The position numbers and the translations under genes were made by a program. A DNA stretch of 64,000 bases from Negaprion brevirostris (taxonomy: Eukaryota): positions 96,158,482 to 96,222,481 of the forward strand of contig JARDVH010000059.1 in NCBI GenBank assembly GCA_030324005.1, given 5' to 3'. The notes under the pieces were generated by a model. That model was given only the letters and a program-made list of their open reading frames with translations. It had not been told where the DNA came from and did not search any database. Below, one piece after another: positions 51,595 to 63,450 of the stretch. Numbering within the stretch: position 1 is the first letter of the stretch; every line of letters starts with the position of its first letter.

Positions 51595-52181
51595 ATGAGT
51601 TTGCATCGCAATCAGCAAATGGGATCAGACCGCGATCTACAGTCCTCTGCATCTTCAGTTAGTTTACCTTCTGTTAAAAAGGCACCAAAGAAACGTCGAC
51701 TTTCACTCGGGTCTTTGTTTCGAAGGAAAAAAGAGTCAAAACGAAAGTCCAGGGACTTGAGTGGCGGAGTTGATGGAATTGCAAGTATTGAAAGCATTCA
51801 TTCAGAACTATGTAATGATAAGAACTCCATTTTGTCAACTTGTGACTCCTCTGAAAGTGCAACTGCATCTGCTGACAAGCAAAATGGAGACTTTCTTGAA
51901 TGCCCTCTGTGCCTTTTGCGTCTGTCTCGAGACAAATTTCCCGAAATTATGACTTGCCCCCACAGGTCATGCGCAGACTGTTTGCGGCAGTACTTGAGGA
52001 TAGAAATCTCTGAAAGTAGAGTCAATATCAGCTGCCCAGAGTGTACAGAACGATTCAATCCCCACGATATCCAATTAATTTTAAATGATGATGTGCTTAT
52101 GGAGAAATATGAGGAGTTTATGCTACGCCGATGGCTGGTGGCAGATCCAGACTGCAGATGGTGCCCTGCTCCAGATTGTGG
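51595..52181 (+). CDS. RNF19A: E3 ubiquitin-protein ligase RNF19A (Dorfin), first coding exon: basic N-terminus, RING1 and start of IBR
   Basis: [35 protein letters not shown]...CPLCLL...[30 protein letters not shown]...RWCPAPDCG closely follows vertebrate RNF19A as I recall it. Donor GG|gtaaga at 52181/52182 (phase 2). Confidence 0.97.
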
Positions 52182-52806
52182 GTAAGACCATACTAAGTGG
52201 GTTGAAGGGGGAGGAGAAGAGGGTTCTTTACTTCTGAGTGTTTCAAATTATTGCTGCTATTGGGTTATTAAANNNNNNNNNNNNNNNNNNNNNNNNNNNN
52301 NNNNNNNNNNNNNNNNNNNNNNNNNNNNNNNNNNNNNNNNNNNNNNNNNNNNNNNNNNNNNNNNNNNNNNNNNNNNNNNNNNNNNNNNNNNNNNNNNNNN
52401 NNNNNNNNNNNNNNNNNNNNNNNNNNNNNNNNNNNNNNNNNNNNNNNNNNNNNNNNNNNNNNNNNNNNNNNNNNNNNNNNNNNNNNNNNNNNNNNNNNNN
52501 NNNNNNNNNNNNNNNNNNNNNNNNNNNNNNNNNNNNNNNNNNNNNNNNNNNNNNNNNNNNTGAATATTTTCTCAAGTTTTGTGTCTTTGTTCAACATTGT
52601 CACATTAATATGATATGTAACTTGGAATGATTTTTATAGTTTAAAAACCAGCATTAGCAACTTTAGCCATTGGTAAAAGCTCACTAAAGGACATAATGTG
52701 AATATCGAACCCAACGTTTGCTGCTTCTAAATTACCCATTAGTTGAGTTGTGCAGCAGATTTTATGGTGATTGTTCTTGTCTCAAATTTCTCTCAACTCT
52801 GCATAG

Positions 52807-52817
52807 TCTCTCTCTCA

Positions 52818-52879
<62 letters not shown>
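52807..52879 (+). repeat. (TC)n(CA)n microsatellite, about 28 CA units
   Basis: Directly visible tandem dinucleotide run. Confidence 0.97.
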
Positions 52880-52880
<1 letters not shown>

Positions 52881-53734
52881 CTATTCTGTGAGTTTACAAG
52901 ACCAGATATTGGAGAGCAATATTCTGTCTTTCTGCTCCTGATGCCTCCAGCAGCTCATTGTTTTGGAAAATGCAACATTAGACAAATATGAAGTTAGCAA
53001 TCCTGATTGATCTTAAATTTTGGTTATTTTTTTTTTTAAAAATTGACTTGTCATTGTAAGTGAAAGTTGTACAGACAGGTTAGTAAATTTTTGAATTAAC
53101 ATAGAAATGATGGAGAGGCAATTATAAAGATGTATTTTGAAGGTCATGAGCTTTGACATGGTAACTTGCTCCCTGACTTGGCTGATCCTTCAGCTTTGTG
53201 CATGCAGTTCAGTTGAAACTGTACTGAATTTTTATTTAATAGCATTCTTGATCCATGGCCAAGACCTCAGTCTCCATGCAAAGTCTGAGAATCTAGTAAG
53301 GTTTTTATGTTTTTAGAAGTTGAGGCCAATATAATTGGCATATGAGAGATTGTCATAGAATGTTCTACATCCAGTAGTTCTAGATAACCTGGATCATAAG
53401 CATTTTCATTGCATAAATNNNNNNNNNNNNNNNNNNNNNNNNNNNNNNNNNNNNNNNNNNNNNNNNNNNNNNNNNNNNNNNNNNNNNNNNNNNNNNNNNN
53501 NNNNNNNNNNNNNNNNNNNNNNNNNNNNNNNNNNNNNNNNNNNNNNNNNNNNNNNNNNNNNNNNNNNNNNNNNNNNNNNNNNNNNNNNNNNNNNNNNNNN
53601 NNNNNNNNNNNNNNNNNNNNNNNNNNNNNNNNNNNNNNNNNNNNNNNNNNNNNNNNNNNNNNNNNNNNNNNNNNNNNNNNNNNNNNNNNNNNNNNNNNNN
53701 NNNNNNNNNNNNNNNNAATCAAATAGGCATTTGA

Positions 53735-54800
53735 TCGCACCAGGCAGAAAGTAGTTAGAATCTGGAATGCAGTGACTAAGATTGCAGCGGAGGCTGATTC
53801 AAACATGACATTCAAATGGAAATTGGGTAATTATCTGAAGAGAATCATTTGTTGGGCTATGAGGGTTGAAACTAGTTGAGTTGTCTTTGCAGAGAACTGG
53901 CACAAAAGTGATGGACCAAACAGCTGCCTTCTGTGCTCTAATTGTTTTATTATATGAAAAAAGTTCAGAAGAATGTCATTGAAACATGTAAAATTCTGAC
54001 AGGGCAGGATACAGGGATGATTCTATTGGCTGGTAGCTCTAGAACAAGAGGTCATGGTTTTGGGACACAGTAGGCATTTAGGACTGAGGAGAATTTTTTT
54101 CACTCAAGGGTGACAAACCTATGGAATTTTCTGCCACAAATGGCTGTGGAGACCAAGTCACAATATTTAAGAAAGAAATAGCTTTCTAGATACTAAAGGC
54201 ATCAAGGGGTTTGAGGACAGAGCGAGAATATGCCATGATCACAATGGTGGAGCAGGCTTGATGGGCCAAATGGCGGCCTCCTATTTTCTATGTTTCTTAA
54301 TTGTACATCAATTAAACTATATTCAACTTATTAATCAGTGTTGATTTCTTGTGCATGTGCAAACATGCATACTATTCCAGAGTTTAATGACCTGCTTGAG
54401 AGAAAACAAATCTTCTTGACTTTGTTTGAATTTGGCAATGTTTTTAAACTGCCTCTTAATTCTAGACTCTCTTCCTCCACCCACTCTACTGGTACACACA
54501 GACTGTTCATTCTTAACTCCAGTGACTTGAAGCCTAACTTGATCTCTTCTTATAAGACAATCTCTTCATCCCAGGAATCAGCTAGGTGAACTCTCTATGA
54601 TCCACTTCCATTACAATCCTATTCCACCTTAAGACGACCAAAATTGAACATAGTACTCCTGATGCAATCTCATTAAGGTCCCATACAGCTATGACAACTC
54701 TTGTTACTTTTATTGAAAAGAGAATGTCATACAAAGACCAGCGTTCTATTTGTCTTCCCAATTACTTGCTAGCTTTTTGGGATTTGTGTATCAGGGCTCC
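53735..54800. mobile_element. Cluster of CR1 3' fragments (+ at about 53735-53945 and 53975-54295; - at about 54480-54800)
   Basis: 'cagaaagtagttagaatctggaatgc', 'gagaatttttttcactcaagggtgacaaacctatggaattt' and antisense 'catagtactcctgatgcaatctc'. Confidence 0.65.
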
Positions 54801-57689
54801 CGAATCCCCTCTACCACAATTTCTGAAAACAAAATCCATCAGAAATTGTAATTCCTTGTAAAAGTCTTAACTTTGCAGGAATAGTTTTAAAGTTCAGAAC
54901 TGATACAAATAACACAAAAACTAATGCTACTTTTGAGGGTAACTTAAAAACAAATTTATTTGTCTCACAATCTCCGGCACAGGAAACCTTGCTGTGTACT
55001 TCAGGGAGCTTTAATACAGTCATGATATTGTTTGTGCTGAAGAACAGCTGACTGTAGGCAATTGTGGATCCATACTAATGCAATTATGCGTTCCTGTTAT
55101 GTAGCAGTTATGCACATTTTCATGTCAAAATTAGGAAATGTTAGTCAAGCATTAGGTGCTCATTGCCTTTATTTCCACTTCTAGTAGATAACCTGTTGAA
55201 CTATTCATTTAAACCTGTCCATACAGACATTCAGTTCAGTAATTGAACTGAACTTCTAGTCACCCTCTTTCTCCCGCTATCATAAAGATAAAATAACAAC
55301 CTTTAGTGATATTCCTCCTGAGGAAAAGCTTGACCTTTTTTCCTCCCATATTGCATTGTTACTGTTCTTCTTAGGATATACCCAACTTTGATATCAGCAA
55401 GATATTTGTGCTGAGAAGGGACTTCTTGTAATTAACCAAATTACATAGTCCTCTTCCAAGATTAATAATCTACTGGTCTGATTTCATAATAAAATGACAA
55501 TATTATTCATCCTATGTGCCTACTGTTAACCAAAAGAGCAGTTCATGGAGGTTTTAAGATTTATATTGATTTAGAACGCAGTAAAAAGCTTGATGCGTTG
55601 GATTTAGACACCAGACTTGAGCCATGTGTGGTACAAGATCAGGTTCTGCTCAGCGATAAGCAATTGCAGTTGGTCTGATTGTTCACTTTTGCAAAGATAG
55701 CTAAGGAGTATGTGAACATGAACTTATAATAGCTTGATGATTAAGCGTGTGTAATGAGTATGTTGACATGAAGCATTTCAGATGTTAAATTCTTTGGTTC
55801 ATTTCAAAGCACATTTTTAAAATATTAAAGTCTCTAAATTATAGACTTGAATAATGGAACATCTAATATGTTTGTCATTGCACAAAATGCTTTTAGAAAT
55901 TACAGTAATTTCTTAAGATTCTGGAAGTTTAAAGAATATTCCTAAATTGGACAGTTAAATGGTTTGGTCGGAGGGGGTTCTTTAAATAGCATTTTAGCTT
56001 GATTTACACTTTAACTGAGATTATAGACATAGGAACTCTTGTAAGGGAGGGTTGCATTTGAGCTTTTCCCAGTTAAACATGAAAATCTTTTAAGGATTCC
56101 TTGAAGCACACACCTAATGCATGAATGTAGATTTTCTTTTCTAGCTTAAACGTAGACTTAAATTGGGATTTGTAGGTGTGCACTAAACAGCATGAAACCC
56201 AGTATTTCAGTTCTTTAGATGCTTGGCATTCCGTGGTATCTACTTAGCCAATCTATTTATTTGAGAATCTCAGCATTGATATTGAGATTATTCCATTGTG
56301 AATACATCACAGCTGAGGCAAATCCTAATACCACCTTGTAGTTACTTTAGTTGCAATCAGGGAAGGAAGGAGTGATCAGTTTTCCCAAGCACAATCAGGA
56401 AATAGTATTGACTTGCAGCAGAAACATAGAGCTCTTGGTAGGACCAAAAATGAGTCATCTTCCATTAGTAGTTTGCCCCTTTACGTGTATAAGGAACAAA
56501 TTACCTGAGTCATCAGAAAAAATACATTTTTTTCTTTGCATAATCCTCATAACTAAAGCTGGTTATGTTTCATGCACTTCTGCAATTATCATTTTTATAC
56601 AATGTGATGTTTTAACATCAAAAATAACTTGCTTTTATTTGGATTTAACATAGTGAAATGTGCCATTTTACTGAGCCAGTAGGCTGCAAGATTTATAGCT
56701 CAAATAATGGAATAAGAATCAAAAACTACATCAGGCCAATTGTCGTTGCCAAACATAAGTTCTACAGCATACAAGCAGTTGCTTTTCTAGTCCCATTAGT
56801 TATTTAATCCCAAAGCAACCAATCTGATGCCTTGGAACAGAAAGCTGTTGAATGTTCCAAGGTTTTCTGTGTTGTCTTTAAGATTCTTAATGTTTGTAAA
56901 GATGGGCAGGTGACATTTTCGTGCTTTGCTACAATGTTATCCGCTTTACTGATAACACTGCATCCAGGGCTTTAGATTTTGGCCTTTCAACATGGGTTAA
57001 ATTTTTAGGGAGATGTTTGAACAATGCAACAGACAATAATAGGTTGGATGTAGATAGATGTTTGGCTAGCACAGACATGTTGGGCCAAAGGGCTTCTTTC
57101 TATGCTGTAAAAATCTTTGACTCTAACAGTGACTCCTGCATTCTGCACATTCTCCCTTTCTCACCATCTCTCACACAATCTCGTGCACTCACTCATACAC
57201 TGGAACTTGTCTTGGTACTTGCTTTACTTATATTGGTCAATACGGTTTTAAAACATGGACCTTTACTGACAGTAAAACTGAAGACTACTTTGAAATGAGC
57301 ACTAAAAACTCAATGCAATTCTGGAATTGAGACCTGCCTCAAGCTGTTCCTCAGAGGACTGCAGTCAAATCAATGCTCCCCATCCTACCAATCAAACCGA
57401 AGACTCCAATTTTTGACAAGGGCAAGGAAGCCTGTGATTTAATGTAGTCAGACCACCCTTTTAAATAATTCACCTTTTATGTTCCAAATTCTTCTGTCTT
57501 TAACAACTTGCAATCTATCCTGTCTGATTTCTGAGCTCAGGGCTCATCTTTTGTGAGCTATATATGACTGTGGGTGTCTAATGCTGAGAATACAAGTTTA
57601 AATTTAATACTGACAGTTAAGTAAGCATGATGTGGGCTATACTGCATGTTTGCCATACTTGGCATTAATTATCATCTCCATTTGGGAAT

Positions 57690-59910
57690 CACACATGGTA
57701 GCTAACTCCACAAGCTCACCACTCTCAGTGAAGAGATTTCTCCTCATCTCAGTTCTAGAAGGTATACACAGAATCCTTAATGACCCCTGGTTCTGGGCAC
57801 CCTCACCGTAGGGAACATCCTTCTTCCTGCATTCACCCTGTCTGGTCCTATTAGAATTTTATAGGTTTCTGAGATCTATCTGCCTCTCCCCATCCCTGTC
57901 TCCATCATTCTTCAAACTCAATGAGTATAACCCTAACTGACTCGATGTCTTCTCATATTCAGTCCTGTCATCCCAGGAATCGGTCTAGTAACCCTGTCCG
58001 CTCTTCCTATAGAGCAAGAAGATCCTTTCTCTGATGAGACTAAAAGTGGATGCAAGATTCCACGTATGGCCTCACCAAGGTCCTCTTTATAATTGCAGTG
58101 AGACATCCTTGCTCCTGTTTCTTATCTTGCTATGAAGGCCAACTTACCATGTGCTACCTTCACCACCTTCTCTTCAGAGACTGGTGTATGAGGACATAAG
58201 TCTTGTTGCACGTTCCATGCTCAATTTATAGCTATTCAGATAATCTGCCTCCCTTTTGCTCTGAAAGTGAATAACCTCACACTTATCTGCATCATATTAC
58301 AGCTGCCATGCATTTGCCCACTCAGCTAGCCCAAATTACACTGCAGCATCTCTGTATCCTCCTCACAGCTCGCCCTCCCACCCATCTGCAAATTTTGAGA
58401 TACTACATTTAGTTCGTTCATCTAAATCATTAATGTACATTGTGAATGGCTGGGGTCTTAGTTTTGATCCCTTTGGTACTCCACTAGTCACTGCCTGCCA
58501 CTTGGAAAAAGACCTGTTTTTGTTTTTCCCCCTACACTTTGCTAACCAGTTTCTCTAAACATCTCAACACACTACCCTCAAACATGTGCTTTAATTTTAC
58601 TTGCTAATCCCTTATTTTATTTTGGACTTTGCTGAAAGCCTTCTGGAAGTCAGAGTAAACTACATTTGCTGGCTCCCCCTCATCAACTGTACTAGTTACA
58701 TCCTCAAAGAATTCCAGTAAATTTGTCAAGCATTATTTCCCTTTCATAAATCCATGTTGATTCTGTCTGATTCTGCCACTGTTTTCCAAGTGTTCTGCTA
58801 TAAAATCTTTGATTGTGGACTCTCCACACTACTGACATCAGGCTTACTGGTCTATAATTTCCTGTTTTCTCTGTACTGCCCCTTTTTTAAATAATGGGTT
58901 ACCTCCAGTCTGTAGGAACTGTTTGAGTCTTAGCATCCTGAAACATGATCATCAGTGCATCCAAGATTTTTGGACCACTTCCTTAAGTACTCCGATCTGT
59001 AGATGATCAAATCTATCAGCTTTAAATCCCATCACTTTGTCCAGCACCATTTTCTCCACTGCTACTGATTTCCTTCAGTTCCTCCCTCTAAATCATGTGC
59101 TGCCCAACACTCTTGGTATATTATTTGTGCCCTTTTCTGTGAAGACTGACAAACTGAATGTATACTTTGGTTCTGTCATTTTTGTCCCCATTATAAATTG
59201 CTGTTTCTTTCAGGACCTGAAGGGACCTAAATTTGTCTTCAATCTTTTTCTCTTCACATAACTGACTGTAAAGTCTTCTATAGGCATGTTCCCCACAGTT
59301 TACACTTGTATTCTATTTTCTCCTCAATCAATCCTTGGCCCTCCTTTTTGCTGAATTTTAAACTGCTTCCAATGCTCAAATTCTCACCAATTTGTATGCC
59401 CCTTTCTTGGATCTAATACTATCACTGCTTTCCCTTGTTAACTGTAGTTTGGCCACTTTTATCACCAGACAGGAATAACCAATTGTTGCAGTTCATCCAT
59501 GCACTCATGAAGGTTTGCCATTGCCTATCCACCATTGTCCCTTTTAAGTAGCATTTCCCAATCCATCATAGCCAACTCGCGCCTCATACCTTCGTAGTTT
59601 CCTTTTAAGTTTCAGGACCCTGGTCGCAGAATCAACTATGCCACTCTCCATCTTGAAGAAGAATTCTATCATTGTCACTCGTTCCCAAGAGTCTCTCACA
59701 ACTAGATAGCCAAATATTCCTTTCTCATTACACAAGGTCAAGTCTAGGGTGGTCTGTTCTCTAGCTGGTTCCTGATGAAATGGTCCAGAAAATCATCCTA
59801 TATACGCTCCAGAAATTCTTCCTCTATGGATTGTGACTAATTTGATTTCTTCAATCTATCTGCAGATTAAAGTTGCCCATAATCGCAGCTGTTTCTTTAT
59901 CACATGCATC
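57690..59910 (-). mobile_element. ~2.2 kb decayed CR1 LINE (endonuclease to 3' ORF end)
   Basis: Antisense motifs: 'ttaaagttgcccat' (MGNFN), 'ggcttactggtctataatt' (NYRPVS), 'aaatccatgttgattc' (QHGF) and 'gaaagccttctggaagtc' (DFQKAF). Confidence 0.85.
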
Positions 59911-60293
59911 GCTAGTGTACATCTGGTTAAAGTCACAATGGTGTGTTAATGTTATGAATCCTTAGGTTGCACTATTCTGCAAGGTATGAGTCAACACCTG
60001 TTAACTTGAATGCTATGATAATGTGGACAACTGAAATCACTGAATTAGAGCATGCATTTGTAGCTGAACCAAATTTGTAATTTGGTCTAATGCTCAATTT
60101 TGGGAGCTAAGGTTTTGATCACACTTGCTTTGCAGTAATTTCAAGTCTTGGTAAAATGGAGTTGTAGGTTTGTAGAAGAGATGCATATGTGACTTGTTTA
60201 CAATTGAGAATTTTATGACATGCAATGAAATATAGTGGTGGTAAGAATCTGAATTTGTTTCTTGTACACAGACATTTATTTTTATTTTTTCAG

Positions 60294-60502
60294 TTACGCA
60301 GTGATAGCGTTTGGCTGTGCCAGCTGTCCAAAACTCACTTGTGCCCGTGAAGGATGTGGCACTGAGTTCTGTTACCACTGTAAGCAAATATGGCATCCAA
60401 ATCAGACCTGTGATGCAGCACGTCAACAGAGAGCGCAGAGTTTGCGATTAAGAACAATACGCTCTTCATCAATCAGCTACAGTCAGGAATCTGGTGCAGC
60501 AG
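60294..60502 (+). CDS. RNF19A: RNF19A coding exon: IBR domain and IBR-RING2 linker
   Basis: Acceptor 'tttttattttttcag|T' completes GG+T=Gly, then [69 protein letters not shown]. Donor G|gtacag (phase 1). Confidence 0.96.
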
Positions 60503-62365
60503 GTACAGAAAACTGGACTCTTCGTAGATACGTTCAGGATGAGATTTCGGGAAGAAAGGGGTTACCTGAAATAAACAGCCTCCTGGTCAATCAGATTTTG
60601 CCATCTCGTTCCACAGGTAACCGTTTTCTTGATGGAATCTCCACCTATGGAAATGCTTGCCATCTTTTAGGTTTCCAAAATTGCTGTAGTTTCCCTAATT
60701 GTGCAATGCTATAAATCGATTTTAAAATAAATAGTTAAACAGCTATTAACTGAGCTAAAGGGTTTTTGATGTTGAAATTGCCTGTGAAAGTGTTGTTGGA
60801 GCTTGCCTACTTGTACGTGTTTTGTCTTGCTGGCAGGGAAAAGGAATAATTGTTTCAGATAAGACATTTTGTTTTGTATTGAACTATCATGCTACACAAT
60901 CTCATATCATTTATTTGTAATGTTGTCAATAATATTGTGTAATTTATCTTGCCAGGTACTTGTAAGCTGGCAGAGCCAAGTTTAGAGAGAGTTCCTTTTG
61001 TCCAGAGTTGTCACTTTACAAAATCTATTTATACAAACTGGGCTACAACACACACGTGGATCTAGGGTGATAAAATATAACTGTGGGGCTAACTCCTACT
61101 TTGTGTCGACATTGGGCAGGCACTGTACACCCTGCCTAGTGTCCTTGGCATGGGTTTTGATTTCATTTATAGACAAGTTGTAAGCAGCCATTGGGCGAAT
61201 GGGAAATCAGGTGGCTCTTCAACAGAGCTGACCCAAACAATGGACTAAGGGAGCAGAGGTGATTTTGGATACTTTTGCAGAGCTATAAAGACACTTGAAG
61301 CTCTGTCTGGCACCAGAAAAATCCAAACGGAAATTTGGGTGATTGGGCCACCCCATGTCTTGAATGGATGGCATGTACGTGATGCATTCTCCTGTCATTG
61401 CTACTCAAGTTTACAGAACAGAAATGGGGCATTCAATCCAACTGGCCCATGCAGGCTTCCTCCCACTTCACTTCGTCTTGCACAACCTTGCTTCTCAAAT
61501 TCAACAGTGCTATTCGTCTCAACCGCCCCATGTGATATTAAGTTCCATGTTCTAACTACTCCTGGGTTGAGGCAGTTTTGCTTGAATTCATTACTGGATT
61601 TATTATGAATCTCCTTGTTCTTCAGGCCCCCATGTTACAAGCAGGGCTCTCACTTGCAACAGGCAGACCCTGGGTTTCCCAGGTGAAGTGTGGGCAAAAT
61701 ACTGGTATATGGAATGTGAATGTTGGCAAGTTCAGCCCCACAATCTTTTGGAGCACACCCATCCAGCCGAGACGATGAATAATACGGCTTCTGTGCTTGC
61801 ATGCACCCACGTTGTACTGTTGAACTCCGCCTTGCCTTTGTGGATAAAACATTGCAACATGGGTCATCTTTTGGCACAGTAGAACAATATATACTTGCCA
61901 TTGCCATTTTGGCTTTAATTGATTTTTAGAATTAATTTTCAGGATATTCAGACCTTCTGGCTTGCTGATGTGTGGTGTGATTTGGCTACCTTAATATTGA
62001 ACTTAATAAAGTACTAAAAGCTTTATTTCTATAATGCTGCAAAAGTACTCCATTTAAGGCGTTGCTGTATTTGGGATGTTGAACTATAGCTTAATGGTTT
62101 TTTTAAAGACTATTATGGAGCACTTTTGAAATATTACCAATATATCTTCTGGTAATAACATCAGGAACCAAAACATAAATGACTGAAAGTTGAGGGAACG
62201 TGTTGAAGTTGAAATGCATTTGCTAGGTCTGGCGGTTTGAATTTGCATCCCTGGTTATGCACTGTTTAATTCAGTCTGAAATATATCGATGCTGGGCTAT
62301 TCTGCTAAGCATTTCATATAATTCTTTTAACAAGGTGATTTATCATTGTTTCTCTTTTTTTGCAG

Positions 62366-62510
62366 CAGATGATATTAAACCTTGTCCACGATGTGCAGCA
62401 TACATAATAAAAATGAATGATGGAAGCTGTAATCATATGACTTGTGCAGTATGTGGCTGTGAGTTCTGTTGGCTTTGTATGAAAGAAATATCTGACCTTC
62501 ACTATTTAAG
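62366..62510 (+). CDS. RNF19A: RNF19A coding exon: RING2 (Rcat) including the catalytic Cys of DGSCNHM (62428-62430); CDS continues beyond the window
   Basis: Acceptor 'tctcttttttttgcag|CA' completes G+CA=Ala, then [47 protein letters not shown]. Donor AG|gtaagt. Confidence 0.96.
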
Positions 62511-62589
62511 GTAAGTCTTCAACATTAAATCTTGAAAACCTGGTAATTCCACAATTGCAATTGTTCTAAGATGTTTTCCTAAGTGAAGG

Positions 62590-63450
62590 ATATAGGCAAC
62601 AATTTTCCTGTACATAGTAGCTTTCAAGTAGTTAAATGTCCAAAGGCATTTCATCAAAGTATTAGCAACCAAAACTTGGTGCTAAATGAAAGAAGACAAT
62701 AGAAGGGTGACCAAAAGCTCAGTCAAAGAAGTAAGTATTAAGATATCCAAGGCAGAGAGGTTTAAGAAGGGAATTCCAGAGCTTAGCGTCTTGATGGCTA
62801 ATGGCACAGCTTCCAGGATATGCAAGCAGCCAGAATTGGAAAGATGCATTCAAATCATTGTATGGCTAGAGGGGGTTACAAAGAGAGTTGGTGTCATGGT
62901 GTGCTTACAAAACTCCAATAAAAATTTAAAAATCAAGACCTTGCTGAATTGAAGCTAACTAAATAGGCGAACACAGGTTATGGTTGAACGGGACTTGGTG
63001 TGAGCTAAGATACCAGTAGCAGAGTTTTGGATGAGTTCCAGTTTAGGAGGCTAATGGTGGGAAGCCAACTAGATGTTTGTTGGACTAATTGAGTCTAAAG
63101 ATAATTTAATGCACAGATGAGATTTCAACAGTAGATAAATAGAGGTGTGCATTTTTAAGGAAGTAGAAATAAGCATAAGATCAGAGAACATGATGTCAGG
63201 AACTTGGCTAAGTTTATACAGGATGTCAAGTATGAAAACAGTCCGAATCAGCCTCAGACGATGGCCTGGAAGAGGGATAGTGCTGGTGACTGAGGAATGG
63301 AGCTTGTAGCAGGGTCAGATAGCCCTTTTGCTTCTGAGTTCCTAGTATTGAAAGATGGACAAGCAGTGTGACAGATTAGGCAATGGAGGGATTGGAGAGG
63401 TAGTGGTGATGTTACAACTAGGTGTCATTAATGTACATGTGAAACCTGAT
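62590..63450 (-). mobile_element. Decayed L2-like LINE
   Basis: The antisense L2 3' region 'gtgaccaaaagctcagtcaaagaag...agggaattccagagcttag...gcagagttttggatgagttccagttt' matches the L2 copies at 10690 and 16140. Similar pieces lie at about 17905-18200, 19340-19540 and 39340-39590. Confidence 0.7.

Noticed and set aside
52743-52991. ORF with an HTHTHT repeat
   Set aside because: Translation of the (CA)n microsatellite.
52238-53815. Long ORFs containing X runs (also 19577-19846, 30496-30801 and 50971-51220)
   Set aside because: Artefacts of translating N gaps.
55230-55252. Short hairpins (ttcagttca/tgaactgaa here; ttaaaaggaa/ttccttttaa at 40789-40814)
   Set aside because: AT-rich 9-10 bp stems are close to chance expectation in 64 kb.
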